Positions 17,136 to 29,368 of a stretch of DNA of 64,000 nt are shown in pieces. The stretch is taken from the NCBI RefSeq assembly GCF_009914755.1, contig NC_060926.1; one strand, given 5' to 3'. Origin of the DNA: the human T2T-CHM13v2.0 reference genome, Homo sapiens. Every line of letters starts with the position of its first letter. Within the stretch, counting starts at the first letter, position 1. The notes under the pieces are model-generated. The model made no database searches and was not told where the DNA came from. It saw only the letters and a program-made list of their open reading frames with translations. The translations under genes were made by a program, and so were the position numbers.

Positions 17136-19089
17136 CTGTGTGAGTTCCCTCTCACATTGAGTCTGGACATTACCATGTTTTTCCTTTTCCATCCATTTAC
17201 TTTCAATGTATCTGTGTCATATTTAAAGTGTATCTTTGTAAATACTGTATGGTTTGGTCTTGCTTTTTTATCCAGTCTGGCAATCTCTATCTTGAATTCA
17301 TATCATACCACCTTACATCTAATGTAAGAAACTCTGGTAGCCCAACCCCAGCCTCTTGCATTGCTATAATTAAAGGATTCTTACCTTTTCTTCATGTTTG
17401 GAAGCTGGGGAGTGGCTACTGTTTCAGACAGTTTGGATTCACCTTTAGGTTCACCTTCTGCAGGGCTCCAGAACCCAAGCCTCACAGAGATGTGTAAGGC
17501 TGTCTGTATTCTCCCTGCTACCAACCCCTTCTCCAATGCCACTTTCCCAGCAAAATTCCAGGTAAGGAAGAGAGTTGTTGGGCTGAGAGATGGATATTTG
17601 CATTTGGAACTCCTCCAGAGCCACATGTTGCCCCTGACGCAGGATGCTCCTTCTTAACCCTGCAAAGCCTCCTGCCTGTAGGCAGCTGCTACTTTTCCCA
17701 CCTGAACTCATTCAGGCACTTGCCCCAGAGAGCTCCAGGGTCTCTGCTCATCTAGAGGGCGCGCCCTCTGCAATTCAGTTCATCAGAGCTTCCTTACATC
17801 TTCCAATCTTTGAAAGCCCCATGAACGTACGATTCTTATGTGGTTCATTCTTGTCATCACCACAGGAGGAAAGTTTTCACGTCTTTCTACATCCTAACGA
17901 GAAGCAGGTGACCTAATCTTGTTTACGCCATTGATATTTGTGCTTTTGTTATATACAGAAAAGCTTAATTTCCGGGTTCATAATGTAGAAAAGCCAAGCA
18001 CAACTTATATTGAAGCAGCTGCTGACCATCTGTGGTCAGATGTGATTATCCAGCCATCACAATGTTTAAAAATTTGAATTTGAAAACATTCATATTGAAT
18101 CCAAGATCTCCAGTTTATTGACAATGCCCCATACTTTCTATTATTATTTATCCACTAACTCCTTATATTTACATTTTCTTCTGGCCCTTACTGACATTTG
18201 AGTGTGAGACATTTCATACCATCAATGAAAACTGAGAAATTCTGTGCATTTTACCTAGTAATCATGTCCACTTTACACTAAAATACATACATGAGGGTAA
18301 TTTATCTGCTTTCTACCCAGATATTTTGCATCTCATCGCAAAGTTCCCATAACTGCATTCATTTTTTTGCGCCCCAATTTCTACTAAGAAAACCATTCTC
18401 TATGAAAGTCAGATGCTACAGTTCACTAATGCAGGATTATCTCATCTACCTGCCCCAGAAGGTGGGTTCTATAGTTTACCTTTAGAGATGAGAACAAACT
18501 TGAAACAACATAAAGCATCTTGCAACTCTGGCTAATTTTTTTCTCCTCCTTATACTCACAAAAGCTTTCTAGTTCACGGTATTTCTTCTGTCCTTGGCAC
18601 GTGACAAAGACTTGAGGCCAAAGTCTGCATGTGATGTCAGCCTCCGTGAAAGACTCATATCTCTTCTGCTCTCCATCAATAGGGGAGGGGGCACAGAGGT
18701 ATCTGGGGAGTGTCTGGCGTTTAGCATCTTTGTACAGAGCCAGTCTCAGTGGATGTAGCCTCAGGACTGTGCAGAGAAAATCACCTGGATTATTCAGAAG
18801 GGCATTAAGGACAGCAGTGGAAACCAATGGTGCCTACATAAGTCAGATTCTCCCTCTTGTAACTCCAGAATAGGACCAAATCTCCCCTCACTCACTCAAA
18901 GCCCAAACAATAGCTCATGGAGAAAAGAACAACCAACTCTTACACAATTGGGAAAAAACAGGTTCTCTATGCACACAAGAGACTATTAAGCAGAAGCCAC
19001 ATTAGACTGTCCATTTCCTCTTTGCACCAGGGAAGTGAGTAGGGCAGTCTGCAGAGGAAGAAAGTACAAAATAGCAAAATGCTTTGCTT

Positions 19090-19650
19090 TGCTTTTTAAA
19101 ACTTTTTTCTTTTGAATTCATTGTAGACTGACACATACAGTTATAAGAAACACTAGAGAGACTCCCATACACCCTTCACCCAGTTTCCCCAATGGTGAAA
19201 ACTTGCAGGACTATATAGTACAATATCACCAGCAGGGGAGGGTCACTGAAGTCTCTGGGTAGTGTCTGGCCTCAACCACAAAATTGCCATTGATACAATC
19301 CTTTCGTCTATTGATATTTCACCACTTTTACATGCACTCCAGTATGTGTGTGTGTCTATGCAGTTTTATTATGTGTAGATTTGTATGACCACCACCACCA
19401 CAGATAACACAGTACAAGGAATCCTCATGCTATTTCTTTCATAGCCACAGCCATCCCTCTCCCTACCCTCTTCCCTAAACTGGCAGCTACAAATCTGTTC
19501 TCGACCTCCATAAATTTGTCACTTCAATAATGCTATATAAATGGAATCATGCAGCATATAACCCTCAAAGATTTTTTTACTCAGAATAATTCCCTTGATA
19601 TCCACCCAAGTCGTTTCTTTTTTTGCTGATCAGTATTCCATGCTTTCTTA
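19090..19650 (-). mobile_element. Old L1 (L1MC/MD-like) 3' fragment
   Basis: 'cccatacacccttcacccagtttccccaatggt', 'tatataaatggaatcatgcagcatata'. Confidence 0.7.
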
Positions 19651-20134
19651 AAATAAGAGAGGGATGTCTTATATTCTCTTAGAATTCCAAGGATTGTCAG
19701 AACGTTATTAATGTTATTCTCTATTCTCATAACTTTTAGGTATAATAGTGAACAAATAAAAGAGAAAAGAAGTGTACATGAAGTTATCACATACTCTCAG
19801 GTTGCATTTTTCTTCCTAATTTTTTGGTACCTTATTTTTTATATAAATGCAGCTTTCAGGGTAAACACTCCCTCTGTTGAAGAAAGTTTGCTAACAGTAA
19901 TGGCCTCTAGACACTCAAAATTTAATGGCAAAATAAAATTACTCTCTTGAACCTCTGGTTATGGACAAGATGGAGTAGATAAATTTCTCTCTATTCCTCC
20001 TTCTAAGTGCTGCGAAAACACTGGACATTATATATGAAGCATGAAAGACTTTGAAATATGGAAAGAAGACAAACTGAATAAGGATCCCAGGACATAAGAA
20101 ATGAATGACATGGTTATAAGTTCTCTGATTGGCT

Positions 20135-20432
20135 TCTTTTTTTTAGACAGAGTCTCACTCACTCCGTCATCCAGGCTGGAGCACAGCAGTGGTGTGATCT
20201 CAGCTCACTCCAATCTCCACCTCCTGAATTCAAGCGATTCTCCTGCCTCAGCCTCCCAAATAGCTGAGATTACAGGTGCCTGCCACCATGCCTGGCTAAT
20301 GTTTGTATCTATAGTAGAGATGGGGTTTCACCATGTTGGCCAGGCTGGTCTTGAACTCCTGACCTCAAGTGATCAGCCCACCTTGGCCTCCCAAAGTGCT
20401 GGGATTACAGGTGTGAGCCATTGTGCCTGGCC
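20135..20432 (-). mobile_element. AluS
   Basis: Reverse dimer inside the L1. Confidence 0.9.
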
Positions 20433-23292
20433 TCTTTTTGGCTTCTTATGTCTCAAACTGGGTGCCAGAGAAGCAGCAACCTAGAAATACCAACAGGCAC
20501 AGCCAAAAAAAAAAAAAGGCCCCAAGAAAAGCTTCCCCAGCCAAAGGACCAGAAAAAAGTCAGCCTAACAAGGCAGAAAACTTCTGTCTACAACATAAGC
20601 ACCCCCAGCCAAACACCATGAAAAAAATGTGACTCCAGCCCCACACTTGTTAGCAAAGGCTGAGTGGAGAATCTAGACTTGCATCCTCTCCTGGCTGCAA
20701 CAAAGCACCCTACCCATCCCACGCCAGCCAGAATGGTGTTGGACAAAACCAGATGAGATCCAGGAATTTCATTCATGCCTGGCATTAATGAAGCATGCCC
20801 TTCCCCCTCAGTAGTGTTGGTGAAAGCTACATGGAAATCTTAGACTCTGACCTCTACCTAGCAGTAACAAGGAACCCCTTCCCAGCATAGGTGTCAATGG
20901 TGCCAAATGGGTAACCTGGACTTCCACTCCCATCTGGCACTAAGAAGGCAATGCCCTTTTCCCCTCTGCCAACACAATGTCAAAGAACACTCGCTAAAAT
21001 AGAAAAGCTTCAGTGAGCAATTATGAAAATGCCTGAAACAAATGAAAGAATAAAAACGTCTCAGCAAAAAAGATATTGAAAAGAACCACATAGAAATTTT
21101 AGAATTGAAAAAAATACAATAAACAGAATAAATATTTTAGCAATATGGCTGAAGAACAGAAACAAGAGGATAGAGAAAAGAATCAATGGACTTGAATATA
21201 GAAAAATAGAAGGTACCCAATCTGAGCCAGAAAAAGAATATATACTAAGGCAGGGGGAAAGAGCTTCAGGGATCCATGGGACTATTTTTATAAGGTCTAG
21301 CATTTGCATGATCAAAAACCAAGAAAAAGAGGAGAAAGAGTATGGGGCTTAAAAAGTATTCAAAGAAACAATGGTTGAAAAATGACAAATTTGACAAAAA
21401 GCTACAGATTCGAGTAGCTGAGCAAATTCCAAATCCCAAACTCAAAAGAATCCGTGCTAAGACATATTATAATCACAATTCTGAAACTAAAGGAAGAAAT
21501 CTTGAAAACATTGAAATGACATTTTACCTATAAGAGGAAAACAATTCAAATGACAATGTGTTTCTCATCAGAAACAACAGAGACTAGAGGTGACAGATTT
21601 TTTTCAAGTAATGAAAGAAAAGACCTGTCAACCCCTAATTCTATATCTAGCACAAATATCCTTTAGGAATGCAGGGAAAATCAACATATTGTCAAATAAA
21701 GGAAAACAAACAGGATTTATTGCCAACAGACCTACCCTAAAAGAATAACTAAGGAAATTTCTTGAGATGGATAGGAAATGATGATAGAAAGAATCTTCTA
21801 GTAGCAGAAAGGAAGAAAGGACAAAAAGAGAAAAAATATGGGTAAATATATGCTACACTTAGCTTCTCAAGTTTTCTAAACTATGATGGTTGATGCAAAA
21901 ATTATAACATTGTCTAATATACTTCTCGAGATATAGAAAGAAACTATTTAAGATAATTATATTATCAATGTGATAGGGTAAAGTTATCTAAAGGGAGATG
22001 AAGTTTCTACACTTTATTCGAACTGATAAAACATCAACTCAAATAGACTTTCCTGAGTTACATGTACAGGATGTAGCACCTAGAGCAACCACTAAAAAAT
22101 TGATACAAGGAAATACACTTAAAAAACACTATAAGTCAAAATGGAATTATAAAATATTTTCAAGCAATCCACAGGAAAGCAAGGAAGATAAAACAGAGAA
22201 AAAAAAGAGATAAACACACAAATAAGCACAGATAGATAAAATGGCAGACTTAGCCTTAATATCTCATACTTATATTAAATGTAAATTGTCTAAATAGACC
22301 TATTAAAAAACAGAAACTGGCAGAGTGGATTAAAAATCATGACCCAACTATATGCTATCCATATGAAGTTAACTTCAAATATAAGAATATAAGTAAGTTC
22401 AACATACACGGATGAGAAAAATATATACCATGTTACTATGTAACCATCAGTCAAAACAAAGCAGGAGTTGCTATTAATATCAGATAAAGCAGACTTCAGA
22501 GCAAAAAGATTATCAGAGACATAAAGGGATATTACATAATGATAAGAGTCAATCTACCAGGAAGACATAGCAATCTTAAATGTACATGCATCAAATAACA
22601 GAGCTGCAAAATATGTAAAGCAAAAACTGATAGAACCAAAAGGAGAAAGAGAGAAATCACATTATAGTTGGAAATTTCAACACTCTCTCTCAACAACTGA
22701 TAGAACAACTAGGCAAAACCACCAAATAAAGAAATAAAAAGTGATAATAAAAAAGAACAACTAGGCAGAAAATCAGCAAGGATTTAGAAGAACACAAAAA
22801 CAGTGTCAATGAAAAGAATATAATTGAGATTTGTAGAACATTGCCCCAGTGACATCAGACAGCACACATTATCTTTTCAAATGTCCACAAAACATTTATC
22901 AAGATAGACCATATCCAGGGCCATAAAGCAAATCTCAACAAAATTAAAATTGAAATCATACAGAGTATATTTTCATACCATAATGGAATCAAACTAGAAA
23001 TCAATAACAGAAAGACATATGAAAAATCTTCAAACACTTTAAAACTATACAACACAATTATAAGTAATCCATGGGTCAAAAAGAAAGTTCTCAATTTCTC
23101 AGAAAATTTTTAAAATACATAGAACTGAATGAAAATGAAACTATCACATAAAATTTGTGAAATGTACCCAAAGCAGTGCTAAGAGGAAAATTCACAGCAT
23201 TAAATACTTACATAAGAAAAGAAAAGTCTCAAATCAATAATCTAAGTTTCCACCTTTAAAAATTAGAAAAAGATCAAAATAAAACCAAAACA

Positions 23293-23588
23293 GGCCGGGC
23301 AAGGTGCCTCACACCTATAATCCCAGTGATTTGGGAGGCAGAACTGGGACAACTGCTTGAGTCCAGGAGTTTGGGATCAGACTGGGCAACATAGCAAGAC
23401 TCCATCTCTACAAAGAATAAAGAACATTAGCCAGGTGTGGCAGCATGCACCTGTAGTCCTAGCTACTCAGGAGGATGAGGTGGGAGGATTGCTTCAGTCC
23501 AGTAGTTCAAGGTTACTGGGAGCTATAATCATGCACTCCAGCCTGGATGACAGAGCAAACCTTGTCTCTAAAATAAATAAATATAAGA
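23293..23588 (+). mobile_element. AluJ
   Basis: Diverged dimer; TSD AAAACCAAAACAG. Confidence 0.88.
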
Positions 23589-24837
23589 AAACCAAAACAG
23601 AAAGAAGGAAGGAAATAGTAAAGAGCAGAAACTAATATAATTGAAACCAGAAACACAGTAGAGAATCAATGAAACAAAGAGTTGATTATTTTAAAAGATT
23701 AATAAAATAAACCTCTAGCAAATCTAACAAAGAAAACAAAGACACAAATTATCAATATCATGAATGAAAGAGGGGATATAGATATTTAAAACATTAAATG
23801 ATAATAAGGGAATACTATAAACAACTCTACAAACAAATTTGTCAACTTAGATATATGAACTACTTCTTTGAAACTTACAAACTGCCACAACTCACTCAAG
23901 ATGAAATAGATAATTTAAGAAATTGAATTTGTAATTGTAAAACTCACATAAAAGAAATCTCTAGATTCAGATAACTTCCCTCGAGAATTCTAACAAATGT
24001 TTTTAAAAGTTTAATCACCAAGTTTACAAAATCTCTTACAAAAAAAAAAGTCAGGGAATACTTCCTAATTTATTTTATGAAACTAATATTAACCTCATAC
24101 CAAAACCAGATAAAAACAGTATTTTAAAAATTACAGACCAATATTTGTCATGAAGATATATATAAAAATCTTTAACAAAATGTCAACAAATAAAATTCAG
24201 CAATATATATTTTTTCTTAACCATGACTAAGTTATTCCAGGGATATAAGGCTGACTCAAAATTTGAAAAGCAATCAGTGTAATTCACCATATCAACAGAC
24301 TAAGGAGGAAAAATTACATGATCATATTAACTGATGGGAAAAAAAAGCATTTGACAAGTTCTTTTATGCATAAATGAACATTCTTATCTCTTTTCTGCTG
24401 AAGAGGAAACTTACCAATGAAATTGATGCCCCATTCTTTAATATTATAATGCCTTAATTCATGTCACTAAATAACCAACCCCTCTCAAGACGTATAATAG
24501 AAAATATTATATAAGTGTTCCCAAAATACCTGCAATAATACCAAGTTCTTTCTCAAAGCCAAAACTGTGATAATTCTACTTTGGAAATTGTCCAAGTATT
24601 TGGATAAGTAAATATCCAAGTATTTCCTTTAATTGCCCAGCTGAGATTTGGTAATGATGATGTGAGAGAGCAAGCTTACTCTTCTCTCGTATATGGAAGA
24701 AAGTGACCATGTAGTGTATAAAGGAGGCTCTTTGGGAGAAAGGATTATAGCAGACTTCTCTCATTAAGAACTCTAGCCAGGCCATAGCTAAGTGGAAAGG
24801 CAAGACAGAGGATGCACAAGACAAAGTATCACTCCTT

Positions 24838-24990
24838 GAGCTGGGAATTGTGGCATGGGCCTATAGTCCTAGCTACTCAGGAGGCTGAGGTGGGAGGATC
24901 ACTTGAGGCCAGGAGTTCAAGGTTACAGAGTGCTAAAATTGTATCTTTGAATCTAGGTTCCTGCACTCCAGCCTGGGCAATGTAGTGAGA
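24838..24990 (+). mobile_element. Old Alu monomer (FAM/FRAM-like)
   Basis: Diverged monomer followed by a purine-rich tail. Confidence 0.7.
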
Positions 24991-25152
24991 GAAAGAAAAA
25001 AGAAGAGAAGAGAAGAGGGGAGGGGAAGTGAGGAGAGGGGAGGGGAGGGGAGGGAGGAGGGGAAGGGAGGGAAGGGGAGGGAAGAAAGGAAAGGAAGGAA
25101 GGAAGGAGAGAGAGATGGAAAGAAAGAAAAGAAGACAGACAAAGAAAGAAAG

Positions 25153-25183
<31 letters not shown>

Positions 25184-25308
25184 AAAAAGAGGAAGAAAGA
25201 AAGAAAAGGAAAGGAAGGAAGGAGAAAGAAGGAAAGAAAGAGAAAGGAAGAAAGAAAGAAAGGAAGGAAGGAAGGAAGGAAGGAAGGAAGGAAGGAAGGA
25301 AGAAAGAG
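24990..25308 (+). repeat. Polypurine low-complexity tract (GGAA/GAAA/GGAG)
   Basis: Directly visible, ~320 bp. Confidence 0.95.
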
Positions 25309-25311
25309 ACA

Positions 25312-25612
<301 letters not shown>

Positions 25613-26139
25613 TACAGAATGGGAGAAAATATTTGCAAGCCATATAAATGATAAAGAAATTATATTTAGAATATACAAAGACAATTAAGGCATTTACTGT
25701 TATGTAAATATGTTTACCCAATAAAATATCTTTAAAAATTATGGCTCAATAATGAGAAGACATGGGCAAAGGATAAACATTATTTGCTAACTGTGTGATG
25801 TTATTGAAAAGATATTTCAGTTAAAACCACAGTCTTATATGGTTAAACTAGAAAATAACGATAACACCAAACACTGGCAATGCGGAGGAAATGGATCACT
25901 CAGACACTGCTGGCAGGCATGTACAATGGCAGGACCACTCTAGAACAAAGTATGGCAGCTTCTTACAAAGTCAATGTGCCCTTATCATATGACTGGGAGC
26001 ACCACTAGGCAATAAAAATGAATTAACTATTGATTCATGCAACAACTTGGCTGGATATCGGGAATTACGCTAAGTGAAAAACACCAATCCCAGATTATAT
26101 ACTGGCTGGTTCCATTTAGGTAATACTGGGGGCTTTTCA

Positions 26140-27146
26140 TTTTTGTTTTCTTTTTGTTTTGAGACAGGATTGCTTTGTCACCCAGGGTGGAGTGCAGTGG
26201 TGCTGTTATAGTAGGTAGCTGGTCAGGTCTGAGCAGGGCAGGAGAGAGCCCCTCACAACCCCAAACCAGGAATGTTAGGCAACCACCAGGTGATGGTCAA
26301 GCAGTTGTTAACTGTCTCTCTAAAATAATAATTGGTTACAGCCAGTGCCAGAGAAAGGCAGTTTCCTGATAAATAGAAAACACCTGAACCTGGTGATCAG
26401 TAGCTTCCCAGTAAAATCTCAGGAGTTGAACAAGTAGGCTCACACATGCAGACTAAGAGGCAAGATGGCAGAGTTTAACTGGTGTATGACCTCCTAGGGG
26501 CATTCAGCTGGTAAGGGAAGAATGCCTCAGGTGAGCATGCATACAACTCCAGTCAGCACACTGCACATGCTCCTCTCACAAGCGCTAGCAGGCCACTGTG
26601 CATGCAGACAGCCCACCCCAAAGAAAGAATCAGGGGAGAAGGAACACAAAACCCCAGAAGTATGCCTGCATACCAAACCCCAACAAACCCTGCACTTTTG
26701 TCCTTCAAGTCGCCCACTTGGGCCTCTTCCAAGTGTTCTTTCCTTCCTTTTGTTCCTTCTCTAAAGCTTTTTAATAAACTTTTACTCCTGCTCTAAAATT
26801 TGCCCCAGTCTCTTCTTCTGCCTTATGCTCTTCAGTCGAATTCTTTCTTTTGAGGAGGCAAGAACTGAGGTTGCTGCAGACCCACGTGGATTCACCACCA
26901 GTAATAGTACAAACATAGATCATTGCAGGCTTGACCTCCTGGGCTCAAGTGATTCTCCCAACTCGGCTCTACAAGTAGCTTGGACTACAGGTGCACACCA
27001 CCACGCCTGGCTAATTTTTGTATTTTCTGTAGAGATGGGGTTTCAACATGTTGCCCAGGCTGGTCTCAAACCCCTGAGCTCAAGTGATCCGCCCACCTTG
27101 ACCTCCCAAAGTGCCCGGATTAGAGGCGTGAGCCACCATGCCTGGT
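26140..27146 (-). mobile_element. AluJ split in two (26140-26203 and 26907-27146) by an LTR
   Basis: Alu text '...ggagtgcagtggtgc' resumes as 'gtacaaacatagatcattgcagg...' after the LTR. Confidence 0.85.
26204..26906 (+). mobile_element. MER50-like (ERV1) solo LTR
   Basis: Starts TGTTATAGTAGGTAGCTGGTCAGGTCTGAGCAGGGCAGGAGAG; AATAAA at ~26773; degenerate 4-bp TSD GTGC/GTAC. Confidence 0.8.
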
Positions 27147-29368
27147 CAATATTGTTCAAATAACAAAATTATAAGGTTGTAAAGATTAGTGGTTGCCAGG
27201 GATTAGGGAAGATGAAGTTCTAAAAAAAGTAATAGGAAGTATTCTTATAATACAACTGTTCTGTAACTTGGTGGTGGTCACACAAGTGTATACATGAGAT
27301 AAAATTGCATAGAACAAAATGCACACACACTAGCAAGTGTATATAAGACTGATGAAATCTGAACAATGTCAATGGATTGTACCAAACTCAATTTCCTATT
27401 GTGATATTGAACTATAGTTATGCAAGTTGTTACCACTGGAGAAATCTTGATGAGGGGTATCTAGAGCCCCTCTGTGTTACTTCTTACAATCACATGTGAA
27501 TCTATGATTATCTCAAAATATTAAAGCTTACATTTTTAAATTTTAATATGATACTAAACACAAATAAGGCAATAGAAATAAACAATATTTGTAACTTTGT
27601 AGTATAGATGAGAGGTTAATCAACTTTTAATTTTGCATATTCTCAATTTTCTGCTATGTGAATGTAACATTTTCATTTGAAATCATTAATGGATTTGATT
27701 GAACACAAGATGAGGCCCCACGTGAAGGTCATGTTGGGGTAAGAGCAGGTGACTCCAGCATTCGGGCTGGGACACTAACCCCCTTCCCTGTGAGGCTCAT
27801 GGCCTTTTCCTTGAGTGCCTTTTATAAACCAAAGAGCCATTCCTCGTGGAATGATGTGATGTCATCAGTGAATCTAGACCAACGCTCTGGAATCTTGGAA
27901 GCATTTGGTCCCTAACACTTGGCTACAGCCAGTGCTCTTTCACACTGTCATGGGCTGCACTCTGGGTAAGTGTAAGCTCCGCTTCAAGGGCCTGGAACTC
28001 CAGAGAGCCATGAAGGCACTCACTCAGGGTGGCTATCACTCATTCCTGTACTAGACCAAGTCTCGGATCCTGAACTATCTTCTCCCAAGGAGTCTCAGGG
28101 GATGGGGAAGGGACCACCTGTGAGTCTCCAGATGAATGATTGGGGATGCAGCAGGAATAAAAACAGTTTTTGAATTTTGGGGGAAGACAGGAGAGGAGGG
28201 AATGTGGGCAAAAGAGAGAAGGAAGGAGGGCTGACAGGAGAGCCAACTCCCACAGAGAACCTGGCCATCAGTGGCTGCCTCGAGAGCCTTGAGGAGCCCC
28301 AGGGACAATGGGGGAGGAGCAGGAAGAGAGCATCTGCCAGACATGAGGAAGATGCCTCAGACAGGGGTAGGTGTCACCAGCCTTCTTGCAGGGCATCTAG
28401 GCACTGCCTCAATCAGCTTCAAGGGCTATTGTAGGCAGGTCTGCGCCACTCTGGTCATATTTTTGGGCCACGCTTGATTGCCCATGAATTTATAGTGGTT
28501 CACAGGGATATTTAGACACAGCTGAGAGCACAGAAAATAAGTATGTCAGGTCATCAGTTTGACCCTACTGGAAATGAGACTGAGGCTAAGTGTCACTGTA
28601 GCAGGACGAGCTGCAGACAAAACCCCTCAGACACCAGGTTAAAGAAGGGAGCTCAGAAGCCCACAAATGTTAACAAAGTCTTTGAGGTCATTCAAGGAAA
28701 AGATGAGAGCTCAGTTCTTGAGACACAAGTCGGCCAACGCTCCCAGCCGAATAAAGCCTCTTCCTTCTTTAACCCGGTGTCTGAGGGGTTTTGTCTGCGG
28801 CTTGTCCTGCTACATTTCTTGGTTCCCTGATCCAGAAGTGAGGTGATTAATGGACAGCTGAGGGAGCCCCTTAGGCAGCTTTGGCCTGCCCTGCGGAGCA
28901 TCCCTGTGGGGGACTCCAGCCAGCTTGAGCAATGCAGATCCTGAGAGCACTGCCGGGTAGGCATTTGCCCTGGTGGAACGCCTCATCACAGCAGTGCACG
29001 GCAGGGCCCCATGGAGGATCAATGCAGCAGCTGAACACCGGGAAGGAACTGGCACTTGGAGTCTGGACATCTGGAATACAGTAGGACCAGTCCTGGGAAT
29101 TTGCCCGCTCCATTTGAGTGGAAGCGTCGCCTGATCACCCACAATGTGCCCTTATCAGCACTTTGATCTCAGTATTGATTTTGATTTGACTTGACTTGAT
29201 TGCAATTGGCACTTTGATCTCAGTATTGATTTTGATTTGGCTTAACTTGTTTGCAAAAAGGAAAGTGAAAGTGAATGAGTGCTTGAGTTTGAGACAGGCA
29301 AGATGAGTGAGTGACCCCTTTAGACTTTCCTTCTTGTGGTGTGAGTGTTGTTTTGTCTCAGGAGGAAG

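Larger units (their letters stand above)
19950..24360 (+). mobile_element. Old L1M element: 5' UTR, ORF1 and ORF2 endonuclease/RT remnants
   Basis: A-rich degenerate L1 coding text such as 'gcagagtggattaaaaatcatgacccaactatatgc', 'gaccatatccagggccataaagcaaatctc', 'ttacagaccaatatt', 'aaaagcatttgacaa'; many stops; two Alu inserts. Confidence 0.85.
25613..27525 (+). mobile_element. L1MC-like 3' region, interrupted by AluJ and an LTR
   Basis: 'gaatgggagaaaatatttgcaagccatata', 'gagcccctctgtgttacttcttacaatcacatgtgaatcta'. Confidence 0.7.

Noticed and set aside
16572-17327. 197-, 144- and 126-aa ORFs with repeated HWEV/GRCG motifs resembling a Cys/His repeat protein
   Set aside because: They overlap in several frames on both strands because the minisatellite has few stop codons; no splice or promoter context.
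28597-28814. MITE or DNA transposon with 52-bp TIRs
   Set aside because: The arms are LTR2 U5 sequence, the right arm runs straight into the PBS, and there is no flanking TSD.
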